A DNA stretch of 64,000 nucleotides, from the IMG/VR virus record IMGVR_UViG_3300030339_000003, positions 62,001-126,000 of that record, one strand, 5' to 3'. Below the pieces are notes generated by a model. That model did no database searches, had not been told where the DNA came from, and was given only the letters and a program-made list of their open reading frames with translations. A program made the translations under genes and the position numbers. Below are positions 8,886 through 18,758 of this stretch, one piece after another; position 1 is the first letter of the stretch; every line of letters begins with the position of its first letter.

Positions 8886-10235
8886 TTATGCTGCTGTTGA
8901 AGTGACTTCATTTTCAAAAATAAAGAATACTAACAAATCGGTCATTTCACGAAACACAGGTTGTGGGTCACCTGGAGTATTCATCATTAAACGCGATCTT
9001 GCTCCTATCACCACTCCTTCACGTTCTACCAAGTTTTCATTGTTAGTCGTGTAGTAGTATTTACAAGGCATACCGGGAACAATCAAAGCAGAGTTAGAAG
9101 AATCCCAAGGAATCCTTAATATCTCACCGTCGTATAATGCGTTAGCACTTAAACCTTTCCAAACGTTGGACGTAGGTTCTGCTTCAAAGACAGAGATTTC
9201 TTCACCTGATGTACGCTGTGAAGTTTTGTACTCTGTAAGTGTGTCGGTACGCGTAGTAACTGCTGCACCTTTTTCGTAATAGTTACCTGCTTTAGAGATA
9301 ACTGCATCAGGATTAATGATGCGCTTACCAACCCCTTTGTTTTGTTTGGTAATATCGCTACGGCTGTCATGGTTAGCTTGTCCTGTTGACAAAATGATAG
9401 TGTGGGTGCCATTGATGTAATACGTGGTTTCTACGGCTGGTACAGCGTCTTCTGGAAGACGATAGATATCCAACACACGTTTAGCGGTATCATAGCGACC
9501 CATTTTAAATAACGGGTAAACATAGAACATACCCTTCCGATAATAACACCCCAGCCCTTTAGAGTACATTCCGTATTTAGTATCGTTTTGTAAATACCCA
9601 GGCAAATCCATTAAACGTAACCCGTCTTTCATTTCAATATGTTTAAAGACTTTTGGGTTATCTATTGGAGTGACCATATCTACGCCACGAAACGCATCAG
9701 GGCCTGTTAATGTAAGTTCCTGACCTTTCTCTATCAGTTCATTCATTAACACCGTGTCGAGCGTTCCCATGAGGGCTACGTCACCTACCATTTCATTTCT
9801 CAGAGCAGCAAAACCTAATTCTTGTAATTGGAATGTTACCCCAACCATGTTTAGGTTATCCATGTTCTTTAAATTACTAAGTTGAGTGTTGTTACCTTCT
9901 TTTTCTGGGTCACTACCGATTAACGGAATGGCGCGATACAAACGTGATGTTTGTTTAATCCCTTGTCTAAAAATTAATTCAATTTTTAAATCATCACAAT
10001 AAGGGACCACATCTTTTAAATATACCCCGGGCTGTACTTGCACTAACAAACGAAAGTCATCTGAACGTGCAGTAGCAAACATTGCATCGCAACTAAATGC
10101 AGTCGGGAAATATAAAGGGATGTGTTGTGTTGGGGTAATAACCGAAGCAGTGAGCTTGTAGTAGTCTACAGTGCCTGCTACGGATATCGCCTTAGCTTGT
10201 TTTAATAAGTTAAGTAGCGGTCTTGATATTTCCAT
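8886..10235 (-). CDS. Virion structural protein, possibly baseplate hub (phiKZ gp101-like)
   Basis: 449 aa in the late structural operon; C-terminal LRIPWD...LIVPGMP pattern is reminiscent of hub proteins (weak). Confidence 0.5.
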   Translation of the reverse strand: MEISRPLLNLLKQAKAISVAGTVDYYKLTASVITPTQHIPLYFPTAFSCDAMFATARSDDFRLLVQVQPGVYLKDVVPYCDDLKIELIFRQGIKQTSRLYRAIPLIGSDPEKEGNNTQLSNLKNMDNLNMVGVTFQLQELGFAALRNEMVGDVALMGTLDTVLMNELIEKGQELTLTGPDAFRGVDMVTPIDNPKVFKHIEMKDGLRLMDLPGYLQNDTKYGMYSKGLGCYYRKGMFYVYPLFKMGRYDTAKRVLDIYRLPEDAVPAVETTYYINGTHTIILSTGQANHDSRSDITKQNKGVGKRIINPDAVISKAGNYYEKGAAVTTRTDTLTEYKTSQRTSGEEISVFEAEPTSNVWKGLSANALYDGEILRIPWDSSNSALIVPGMPCKYYYTTNNENLVEREGVVIGARSRLMMNTPGDPQPVFREMTDLLVFFIFENEVTSTAA

Positions 10236-10236
10236 T

Positions 10237-10962
10237 TTATCCCCAAACGCCGTATTGTTCCTGAGCTTTGTTTAATGCCGTAATGGAATCACGAGCTTTA
10301 AACTCAGGAACGTTAACATAGTTACTTGGAGGTGTTGGGTCACCGAAGGTCGGAATGTGCCGTGAATTCAACAGATCATAATAAGACGTGAATTCTGGAA
10401 CCGGGGAACGACTAGCTCCACCGCGCACACCAGGCATGGCCATGATACTTAACATATCGGCCAACCCATTGATTTCAAGATCTTTAGTTTTCTTACCAAG
10501 TGCACGTTGTTCGCTGTTAATGGCATACAGTTTTAATTTGCGGTAATCGTTATAAAGATAAGCACTCACCGATTCTAATCCTTTAATCTCCGCCATTGGA
10601 AGATTACTGTAACCCGAGTGTGTAATCATTAGCTCGTACCACAGTGAATTGTATTCTTGAATCGTTTCGTAGATTTCTACAACGTTTTTCTGAGCTTTGT
10701 TAATAGTAACCGGAGAAGAGTCATTAACACGCTCCATAAGGTCTATCAGCGCTGCAACAGTAATACGACGTTCAATAGGGCGTTCGTAAAACTCGTGGTC
10801 AGGAACCGTGTTTTCATGCATCTTAAATTCACGGTCACGGATTTCATCGGTTGACATTGTGTGAGTAGGCAATATCCACACCGGATATAAACGTTTAGTT
10901 AATATCACCCACAAAACCGATAAACGTTGGCGTATCGCCTTGTGTCTTTCAGGTGTTATCAT
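10237..10962 (-). CDS. Conserved hypothetical protein (phiKZ gp100-like by synteny)
   Basis: 241-aa ORF, translationally coupled within the operon. Confidence 0.55.
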   Translation of the reverse strand: MITPERHKAIRQRLSVLWVILTKRLYPVWILPTHTMSTDEIRDREFKMHENTVPDHEFYERPIERRITVAALIDLMERVNDSSPVTINKAQKNVVEIYETIQEYNSLWYELMITHSGYSNLPMAEIKGLESVSAYLYNDYRKLKLYAINSEQRALGKKTKDLEINGLADMLSIMAMPGVRGGASRSPVPEFTSYYDLLNSRHIPTFGDPTPPSNYVNVPEFKARDSITALNKAQEQYGVWG

Positions 10963-12236
10963 ATCAGTTTACCCATGCGTTTAGATTTGTGTATCATGGC
11001 AATTAAAATTACACCGTAATACAGTTGTTCACGAGGAGTAAGATCCCAATACCCTTCTAACGTATCATTAATCTTTCTCAAGTCAATGATGTTATTTTTG
11101 AATACATTAACAACTAATGATTCAAAAGGTGTTTGTGGATGACCTTGGTAGAATTCGGGAGTAAACAAATAATCAATTGGTTTAGCCGGGATTGGATTGT
11201 CATCACGAATGTTATCATTCCAACTTACCCAACTGGACATATCACGGAAGTTTTCAGGATCCGTTACAACTACACCGTCAAAGTTAGAAGAACGAATGTT
11301 ACCGTGTAAACGCGTGGAATAAAAAATACGCGTATCCAAAATAGCCGCTTGATTGTTACAACGTCTTAAAAGATTCCAGTCGTTGCGAAATAAGACGTCC
11401 CAGATGTTGTAGGTGCCGTGCTGTGCTCCTTTGTTGCCACCGTATTCAAGTGACTGCAACTGAACGCGTGGATACGTTCCTAGGGCTTCTGAACCGACAA
11501 CTGTAGAGAATACCTTAACTAAGTAAGGGTCGTAATAATGTTTATTCCCGATGGTATAGGATAATGTACGCTCGTCTTCCCAATAGAAAGCTTCATACAT
11601 GTAATGCACTAAAGTCGGATACCAGCTATTGAGTTTTTGTTTATAATCAAATTCACCCTGGGTAATGATAGGGTTGCCACCGTTAATGTGTTGGTCGCGG
11701 GTATAAACTAATTCCTCAATAACAAAGCTATCCAGTTCATCAGCAATGGCTTTACTGACAATACCTTCAAGCACATAGTCAATGGTATAAACTTTGTTGG
11801 CTGTCATTTCACCGAATTTAACTTCAGTTACTGTAAACAAGCCAGCGTAGCCATCACCGATATCAGAAATAAACGCATCACCTTTACCCGGGACTAAACC
11901 AAAGTTAGTTAATGCGCTACCTGTTTTACCTGACGTCGCATTAGCAACATTAAAATCAAAAGACAGATCGGATTCTTTTAAGATAACTTTGCGGATACGA
12001 GTGTATTGTTGATAAACGCCACTACCGGGTTGATATGCGTGAGCTTCAGTTCCGCTTTTAGTAACATTACGATAGTACTCGACTAATCGCGGATGGCCAG
12101 GAACCATTGAAAGGATACTGTTTTCGTTCTGATAAACAGAATCTACAATTGGGTGGTGATATTGTTCAGAATAAATCTTTGGTGCTTCCGGTGCCGGTAA
12201 GTTGGAGTCGCCTACCGGAGTGATATTTAAAGCCAT
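10959..12236 (-). CDS. Virion structural protein, putative neck/head-closure protein (phiKZ gp99-like)
   Basis: 425 aa; PGKGDAFISDIGDGYAGLFTVTEV resembles the T4 gp14-type neck pattern (P.xGD....LFxV). Confidence 0.5.
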   Translation of the reverse strand: MALNITPVGDSNLPAPEAPKIYSEQYHHPIVDSVYQNENSILSMVPGHPRLVEYYRNVTKSGTEAHAYQPGSGVYQQYTRIRKVILKESDLSFDFNVANATSGKTGSALTNFGLVPGKGDAFISDIGDGYAGLFTVTEVKFGEMTANKVYTIDYVLEGIVSKAIADELDSFVIEELVYTRDQHINGGNPIITQGEFDYKQKLNSWYPTLVHYMYEAFYWEDERTLSYTIGNKHYYDPYLVKVFSTVVGSEALGTYPRVQLQSLEYGGNKGAQHGTYNIWDVLFRNDWNLLRRCNNQAAILDTRIFYSTRLHGNIRSSNFDGVVVTDPENFRDMSSWVSWNDNIRDDNPIPAKPIDYLFTPEFYQGHPQTPFESLVVNVFKNNIIDLRKINDTLEGYWDLTPREQLYYGVILIAMIHKSKRMGKLI

Positions 12237-12237
12237 G

Positions 12238-13761
12238 TTAATATCCTTTTGGCATTTGAGTTATGTTACCTGCGCATAATCCCAAATACATTTCATAGTT
12301 GTTCCAATGACGTGGAGCATCTACAGGCAAGTTATAAGGCGCATCAGTTTCCCAATCGTCTGGCAGTTTATCCCAAGGGAACCAAGGATAGATGCCTGGG
12401 ATGATTCCTTTATCCCCTGGGTGATCACGTAAGTCATCCCAAATGCTTGGGTCATAGTTGTCAACATCATAATCGATATTGATTAACAGATGATGCATAC
12501 GGCTAGTGGTTGCTGTACGCGTAATGTAAACATTACCTAATTCATCTAAACGTAATTGGGAAGGTAGCACTTGTAAATCAGCGGCATACACTTCAAACAT
12601 AAACGGAGTGAAGTGATGGGTGAATGCAAATGCTCTACGACGGATGATATAATTTTTAGTCGTTTCATTCCAGGTAAAACGAGGAATGTCAAAAATATTG
12701 CACAACAGTTGTTCACCCGGTACGTCATCCACAGACAACTGAACTTTAATAACAGGAGACAAGTTATTGAAGTTTGGTGACTCCCAAGAATCGTGAGCAG
12801 GTAATGACAAATGGAATGGCGCTTGGGTGCTACGATCGTTGTCTGTAAAGGCCGCCCCTGCAACGTATTCAGGGTTAGCACTAGTCGCGTATGGATTAGA
12901 CGTGTCATAGCGCTCACCTTTGTTAGGGATCCATTTATCGTCAATTTGATCTTGGTGAACGGATAACGGATAATCAATATTCCAACCGGTGAATTCGTTA
13001 TGGAAGAAAGTATATGAGAACCCTACTTCGTATTGACCAAAGATTTCTGCTTTTTGTGGTAAACGAATTTCAGGATCTTCGAATTCAACAACAACATCAC
13101 GAACCATGATTGGGAAAGCTAATGTTTTGTAGTTGCCCGCTAAGTTACTAATGATGGTAAATGGATGTTCTTGCATTTCCGTCAAGTAATCCATAAACCC
13201 GTCCGTACGAAGTTTATTCTTAACTAACAGATCGTGAATATTTTTGATTAGCTCAACAATGCCATCGTTTACTGGTAAGTGTGCAGTTGGACTAAAAGTA
13301 AACATGGTTAAGTCACGTGAACGAATGTTATTAATTCTGTTAACGAACTCTTGTGCTTTTTGACGACTGGTAAAATGGGTGATGACTTCAACAACCACTT
13401 GCCGTCCTTCAAATACTGGTGACATGCCTAGTTTAGTTAAAGCGTCTAACCAAAAGTAAGCTTCCGTACGTGAACGACCTTGGTTGTGATAACCCGCATT
13501 AAAAGGAGATGGGTTAACTGTAGCGTCCACATATACTTTATTACGGAAAGTGCCATTCGTATAGAGGGAGTCGGCTGGGTTAGAACCAAAGTCCGCACCT
13601 ACTAATTTGGTAATCTCTGATTCACCACGAAAATAGATGTTCATGCTGTTTTGCAAATCAAAGTGTTTCAATACTAAACGAATCGAGTCATAAATGGTGG
13701 GCTGGGTAAAAGACCGGTAGATCTCCATGGCGTCGACAAACGTGCTGATCATTGCGCTCAT
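12238..13761 (-). CDS. Virion structural protein, putative neck/tail-junction protein (phiKZ gp98-like)
   Basis: 507 aa, first gene after the late promoter motif at 13783-13791. Confidence 0.5.
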   Translation of the reverse strand: MSAMISTFVDAMEIYRSFTQPTIYDSIRLVLKHFDLQNSMNIYFRGESEITKLVGADFGSNPADSLYTNGTFRNKVYVDATVNPSPFNAGYHNQGRSRTEAYFWLDALTKLGMSPVFEGRQVVVEVITHFTSRQKAQEFVNRINNIRSRDLTMFTFSPTAHLPVNDGIVELIKNIHDLLVKNKLRTDGFMDYLTEMQEHPFTIISNLAGNYKTLAFPIMVRDVVVEFEDPEIRLPQKAEIFGQYEVGFSYTFFHNEFTGWNIDYPLSVHQDQIDDKWIPNKGERYDTSNPYATSANPEYVAGAAFTDNDRSTQAPFHLSLPAHDSWESPNFNNLSPVIKVQLSVDDVPGEQLLCNIFDIPRFTWNETTKNYIIRRRAFAFTHHFTPFMFEVYAADLQVLPSQLRLDELGNVYITRTATTSRMHHLLINIDYDVDNYDPSIWDDLRDHPGDKGIIPGIYPWFPWDKLPDDWETDAPYNLPVDAPRHWNNYEMYLGLCAGNITQMPKGY

Positions 13762-13782
13762 ATTGGGTTCCTGTAAAAGTTA

Positions 13783-13791
13783 ACATAAAAT
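13783..13791 (-). promoter_or_regulatory. Putative late promoter ATTTTATGT
   Basis: Motif copy 22 bp upstream of the start at 13761. Confidence 0.55.
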
Positions 13792-13795
13792 TTAC

Positions 13796-13826
13796 TATTA
13801 CTAGCGGGGTAACCCCGCTAGTAATA
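13796..13826 (-). terminator. Hairpin terminator
   Basis: 14-bp stem TATTACTAGCGGGG / CCCCGCTAGTAATA. Confidence 0.8.
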
Positions 13827-13835
13827 TATTTATTA

Positions 13836-14588
13836 TTATTCGGTAAGCAATACAGGAAAGCCAGCGCTATCAGTATTTTTGATAGACAACGTAAATAAAC
13901 GTCCTGCTTGAGTTTTAACAACAAACATTGAACAAGAATCAAATTGCTCAATTCCCATTACTTGACCTGCCGCAATATCGTCAATGACGCCAGGTAATAT
14001 GGCTGGGTTATCTTTACACGCTATTGTTAAGGCATTAATATATTTGGATGATAATTTATTGCCGGTGAAAACTTTACTTGTCGGATGAACCATGATGAGG
14101 CTTAGTGCAGCAGCACAGATATCTTCTTTAAAAGAAGGCACAAGGCTTTTGTTACTTGCACTAGATTTCACATGACTTGCCGCAACAACCTTAATATTAC
14201 ATTTACCAAAATATAACAGAGATTTATCTGATACATTTAACGTCAATGTTTTAAAAGGTTGGTTCATCGCATTCAGGTCCACGGTAGTAGTGTCGTTATC
14301 GTAATCCGTATTGCGTATTAAACCTAAACCGGTAGCCTTGCTAAAAGCTTCCCAGACGTCGTTTAACGTGCACAGATCATTAACTGCCACCGTAGGAGGT
14401 TCAATGCCAAATAACCCTTCCAGGTTTGTCTTGTTAAGAATAACAGACGCTTGGACACCATTGAGTGAATAAACAATCTTAGCCGTATTGCGATCGATTG
14501 CATCTACGTATAAAAGTTTACTTCCTTCTGGTAATGACTGAACGAGTAAAGCTTGGTTAGCGATACTAATGTTTTCTAAAGGGGTCAT
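13836..14588 (-). CDS. Beta-rich putative virion protein, paralogous module to 17106-17585
   Basis: 250 aa; motif TGLGLIRNTDYD...LTLNVSDKSLLYFGKCNI; ATGA overlap with the upstream head gene. Confidence 0.55.
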   Translation of the reverse strand: MTPLENISIANQALLVQSLPEGSKLLYVDAIDRNTAKIVYSLNGVQASVILNKTNLEGLFGIEPPTVAVNDLCTLNDVWEAFSKATGLGLIRNTDYDNDTTTVDLNAMNQPFKTLTLNVSDKSLLYFGKCNIKVVAASHVKSSASNKSLVPSFKEDICAAALSLIMVHPTSKVFTGNKLSSKYINALTIACKDNPAILPGVIDDIAAGQVMGIEQFDSCSMFVVKTQAGRLFTLSIKNTDSAGFPVLLTE

Positions 14589-15994
14589 TTGGTTTCCTCT
14601 TTCTTAGGCGCAACAAAAATGCCAGGAGTGATACCTTTGATCGCTTTACTGATTGCATTGATTTCTTTACGTTGGTTAGCAAGCTTGGTCTTCAGTTCAT
14701 TAAAACGATCTTTAAGTTCTTTAGACTTTTCACTAATAGCCGCTTTTTTCACCTGGATAGCATCTTTGTCTTCATCATCAGGACTGCCGGACGTAGTACT
14801 ACTTTCCAGTGCTTTTAAATCAGAATCAATTTGATCAAATTCTTTTTGTAATTCAGTTGATGCATTAAAGCTGGTGGTAAACACTATCATCAGCTTGTCA
14901 ATAACGTTAGAAGCATCAGACACTGTATTCAAACCTGACACTGCAGTAACTGCCGCATCATTACCGGTGTTCTGAGCTAAACGAGTGACACTTGCTTTAA
15001 CGTTGTCAGGAATAGCCGCATCCTTTTCACTTACTGCATTCAATGCTTTCTTATTGGCATCTGCTGCAGTTTTAGTGGCATCAGCAATTTCTTGCAATGA
15101 CTTATCAAAATAGTTTTCTTTCATCGCAACTAAACCATCACGAATCATTTGATAAGCTTTCTGCATACCTGTTTTAACTTTATCCCATACCGCACCTTCT
15201 TGTCCTGCTAAACGATCAAGATTCAAACCGTTACACATTAAGATGCCTGAAAGATAACGTTGGTCATAGGACTGCTGAGCGTAAGGAGTGTACTGTTCCG
15301 CATTAATGAATTGTTCTAATCCACCAATCATTGTACTGTAATGGTCGAGTGTATTAAACGATTCAGTACCTTGGATTTCACCCACAGCAAAGACTTCAGG
15401 ATCAATAGTTGTTTCTTCACCCAGGTCTGTAGGTCTTTCTTCTACGTTCTGACCAAAGTGTTCACCTACGCCTTTAGCTGAACCATACTTAGCCACCATG
15501 AACGTACACAATGCTTGACACAATACACCAATACGATCTAAACGATCAACGATATCGTTTAATTGATCCAGGTCATGTGTTTCATTATCTACACATTCCA
15601 TGTAGCCTGTCTTAAGCGTACAAATGGATTCTTTCAGATGAGCTAATCCCGCAGGTACATCGTATTCAGTACTGGCATTACCTAACGAACATACCGCTGA
15701 TGCAATTACCATAGGACTGTATGGTTTGTTATCAGTAAGGAAGTTATCAATGTAATTACTTAATGCCTGGTTAGTATGTGTTAAACAGTCAATGTAATCT
15801 AGCCAATAGTCGCATGCTATCATTACTGCTGTATTGATTTGTTTCTTAATATCTTTAACTTCACCAAATGTAACGTATGGAGCTATGCTTTCTCTAATAT
15901 CTTTAAACTCATCTGAAGTAAAGATAGTCTCCCTTTCATCCTTATTCAGTACCAGTAAAGTATTGAGTAGCTTCAACAAACTAATATCTATCAT
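14585..15994 (-). CDS. phiKZ-like internal head protein (gp93-gp97 family)
   Basis: Acidic propeptide, sites GTES and GQEG, then amphipathic helix AVWDKVKTGMQKAYQMIRDG. Confidence 0.75.
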   Translation of the reverse strand: MIDISLLKLLNTLLVLNKDERETIFTSDEFKDIRESIAPYVTFGEVKDIKKQINTAVMIACDYWLDYIDCLTHTNQALSNYIDNFLTDNKPYSPMVIASAVCSLGNASTEYDVPAGLAHLKESICTLKTGYMECVDNETHDLDQLNDIVDRLDRIGVLCQALCTFMVAKYGSAKGVGEHFGQNVEERPTDLGEETTIDPEVFAVGEIQGTESFNTLDHYSTMIGGLEQFINAEQYTPYAQQSYDQRYLSGILMCNGLNLDRLAGQEGAVWDKVKTGMQKAYQMIRDGLVAMKENYFDKSLQEIADATKTAADANKKALNAVSEKDAAIPDNVKASVTRLAQNTGNDAAVTAVSGLNTVSDASNVIDKLMIVFTTSFNASTELQKEFDQIDSDLKALESSTTSGSPDDEDKDAIQVKKAAISEKSKELKDRFNELKTKLANQRKEINAISKAIKGITPGIFVAPKKEETK

Positions 15995-16060
15995 TCCTTC
16001 CTCCCCCTTTCAGGTTTAGCGACATTATATCAAAACCCTAGTGAGAAAATAATTATACCT

Positions 16061-16084
16061 TGTTGTGGGGTTTCCCCCACAACA
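16061..16084 (-). terminator. Hairpin terminator
   Basis: 10-bp stem TGTTGTGGGG / CCCCACAACA; GAAA loop on the minus strand. Confidence 0.8.
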
Positions 16085-16178
16085 GGCATTAGGCTTTATA
16101 AGTGATAACCGCTAGGATAACCATTCGTACTATACGGCATTTCACGCACAATACGTTCAGCGCCTACGGTAAAGTCAC

Positions 16179-17060
16179 TTAAGCCTCCTTTTTTCTGAAA
16201 GACTTAATGGTCAGTTTATCAACCATTGATTTGATCAGAGAACGGAAAGTTGTTTTCATGTTCTGAATGATTGAATAAGACTTCATCGTTTCTTTCAAAG
16301 AAGCCAGGCGTTCTCTTACTTCATCGCTGACTGTTTCACTACCGGACTTAATTTTATCTTCGATCTTTTTGATCATTTCGCTGGTTTTGTTAGCGGCCGC
16401 TTTGATGTCAGCAGTAATGATACCGCGGAACTTAACAAAGTAAGCAGCCCACAATTGAGCGCGAATAGAAACAGCTAATGCAATTCCCAGACCTTGTTTA
16501 CGGGCTGTGGCTTGTACGCTTTCCATAACAGCACCCAGCTTTTCGATAGCCGCTTCCAGTTTTTCTTGGAGGTGCATATCGTCAGCCATGATTTTTGCTT
16601 TCACAATACCGGCTTTAGCTTTTTGTACAGCAGACTGACCCAGGGCTTTAGCTTTATCGGCAGCACTAACGATGGCTTCTTTAACAGAAGAAGACATTTC
16701 GGCACCGCTATCAGCTTTTTCCAGCTCAGCAGTTTCAGCTTTGATTTCAGCATCTTCTTTGGTATCTTTTTCTTCTGAGTCTTTGCCAAAGAAGAAACCC
16801 CAAATGCCCGTAAAGATATTACGGATATACTGAATACTTTTACTGAAACCAGTTTTGACAGTTGACCATACAGACTCATTGCCGTGTACTGCATTACCTG
16901 GCAACATACCTGAACCAACCATCGCACCAGCCAGATAACGAACGCAATATGATTCGTTACCGTCCAATGCATCCATTGATCCCTGGATAGACATGGACTC
17001 GTGGGTCTGGTCTAAGTCTTCAGGCAACAGTGGTTCGTCTAAAACAATATCATCTTCCAT
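16179..17060 (-). CDS. phiKZ-like internal head protein
   Basis: Two GNES sites followed by VWSTVKTGFSKSIQYIRNIFTGIWGFFFG; own late promoter motif at 17098-17106. Confidence 0.75.
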   Translation of the reverse strand: MEDDIVLDEPLLPEDLDQTHESMSIQGSMDALDGNESYCVRYLAGAMVGSGMLPGNAVHGNESVWSTVKTGFSKSIQYIRNIFTGIWGFFFGKDSEEKDTKEDAEIKAETAELEKADSGAEMSSSVKEAIVSAADKAKALGQSAVQKAKAGIVKAKIMADDMHLQEKLEAAIEKLGAVMESVQATARKQGLGIALAVSIRAQLWAAYFVKFRGIITADIKAAANKTSEMIKKIEDKIKSGSETVSDEVRERLASLKETMKSYSIIQNMKTTFRSLIKSMVDKLTIKSFRKKEA

Positions 17061-17093
17061 TATAAATCCTTAAAGGGGGTTAATTTGTGTGGT

Positions 17094-17107
17094 GTAAGCA
17101 TAAAATC
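17094..17107 (-). promoter_or_regulatory. Putative late promoter GATTTTATGCTTAC
   Basis: 14-mer identical to 22901-22914. Confidence 0.6.
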
Positions 17108-17585
17108 AGAATACGGCTGTTAACGTACCTGTAAACCAAACAGAGCGTGTAATAGCTACTGATAATGTACGATCGACAATAGAAAGATCAACATCATCGA
17201 TAGAAAGAGACACCAAACCGGTTAACCAGATTAAGAGATTAAACAGACGTGTAGGTTCATCAGAAGACGTTGGGATTACATTAACTAATCCGTTCACTGA
17301 GCCGTTTGTAAAGGTCGTAGAGACATCAAAACGTTTATCCAGTAAACTGACCACTGGTTGGGTAAAATCATTACCTGCGTAATCTGAGAGATCTACAGGG
17401 TGAAACGTAAGCGCGCTCAAATCTACTTTGTCAATTTTAACCAAGTTAGACTTGTTAGTACGGTCGTAAGCAATAAAACGTTTATCGTCCAGGCCAACCA
17501 TAACAGGTGATGTTAATGGATTGCCTGTTTTAACGCTGTTTACTGCCTTTAAGATGGTTCCAATGTCAATACGGTTTATATTCAT
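17106..17585 (-). CDS. Beta-rich putative virion protein, paralogous module to 13836-14588
   Basis: 159 aa; TGLVSLSIDDVD...LSVAITRSVWFTGTL; ATGA overlap with the upstream head gene. Confidence 0.55.
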   Translation of the reverse strand: MNINRIDIGTILKAVNSVKTGNPLTSPVMVGLDDKRFIAYDRTNKSNLVKIDKVDLSALTFHPVDLSDYAGNDFTQPVVSLLDKRFDVSTTFTNGSVNGLVNVIPTSSDEPTRLFNLLIWLTGLVSLSIDDVDLSIVDRTLSVAITRSVWFTGTLTAVF

Positions 17586-18688
17586 TTAAATGCCTTTTTC
17601 ATGATGTCATGTGCTGCAGTGTCTGCACGCTGTAATGCACTTAACCCATTCTTAACAAATGAAATATAACTTACCAATGAACCTACGGCAGCAGTCATCG
17701 TGTAAGCTTCCGCTGTTGACATCCCTTCCAGATCGTTATCAGTTTTCAGTTTAATCCCAAACAACGCAGATTCTTGTTTAGAAATATCAGCAATCGCCAT
17801 TAACATGTCGGCGGTCTTAGCGAGTTTCTTCGCCAGATCGTCGTAGCGCGCCTTACTTACTTTAAACTTAGCGTCTTTAACCTCAGTAGGTTTAATCGGC
17901 ACTACGCTGAACTGGAGCACTTTACGCTTAGGTTCCGTCTGAATATCAAACCACGTAGAACCCACCAGCTTAGCATAACTGAAACGTTTCTTTTCAGCAG
18001 CTGTACCTTCGGCTACGGTTGTACCTAGATCACGAGCAATGGTGTTACCAAAGTTAACAACATCAATTAACTTAACTGATTTGTCTTGTACTTTAGCAAA
18101 CAATGATTTAGCTTCTGGGAATGAATCTTTAATAGACTTCATTTTACCTAAAACAAAATCAAGTTCTTTGGTTAACCAATCCAGGTTTTCAGGATAGGAC
18201 TTAAGCTTGTGACTATCTAAAATTAATTTAGCATTACCTGGGTAAGCAAGTTCTTTATCGAACTCAATTTCCCCTGCTTTAATCTTAGCTTCCAAACGAC
18301 CTAAGTCAGTTTTAGATTTCTTACCAAAGCCAAAGAATACTTCGCCCAGCCATTTGAAGAAGTTACCGATCATAGAGAAGAAACGTTTAATCAATGTCCA
18401 CAGCGTACTAAACAAGCCTTCGCTGCCATCGATTATAGATTGACCCTTAGGTAACAGGTGTTGGCTAAACTTTAAGTACAATGATTCAGTACCCGTCAGT
18501 TCGTCTTTATCTTTCTTAGACAATTCGTCATGCTTAACTTTAATAGTTTGCTTGCCATCATCTAAGAAATCATCAACACTTTTCTTATCCATTTCATAAA
18601 GCTGTTCAATAGTCGGGGTAGTAACGTAGCGACCATTGATATCCTCGGACTTTACATTATGATCAAAATCTTTAAATAAAGTAGTCAT
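17582..18688 (-). CDS. phiKZ-like internal head protein
   Basis: GTES and GSEG sites, then LFSTLWTLIKRFFSMIGNFFKWLGEVFFG. Confidence 0.75.
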   Translation of the reverse strand: MTTLFKDFDHNVKSEDINGRYVTTPTIEQLYEMDKKSVDDFLDDGKQTIKVKHDELSKKDKDELTGTESLYLKFSQHLLPKGQSIIDGSEGLFSTLWTLIKRFFSMIGNFFKWLGEVFFGFGKKSKTDLGRLEAKIKAGEIEFDKELAYPGNAKLILDSHKLKSYPENLDWLTKELDFVLGKMKSIKDSFPEAKSLFAKVQDKSVKLIDVVNFGNTIARDLGTTVAEGTAAEKKRFSYAKLVGSTWFDIQTEPKRKVLQFSVVPIKPTEVKDAKFKVSKARYDDLAKKLAKTADMLMAIADISKQESALFGIKLKTDNDLEGMSTAEAYTMTAAVGSLVSYISFVKNGLSALQRADTAAHDIMKKAFK

Positions 18689-18708
18689 AAATAAAAAAGC
18701 TCCGTTAA

Positions 18709-18736
18709 TACTAGCCTGGTTTTACCCAGGCTAGTA
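18709..18736 (-). terminator. Hairpin terminator
   Basis: 11-bp stem TACTAGCCTGG / CCAGGCTAGTA. Confidence 0.75.
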
Positions 18737-18758
18737 TAAGGTTTTAGAACGTTAACAC

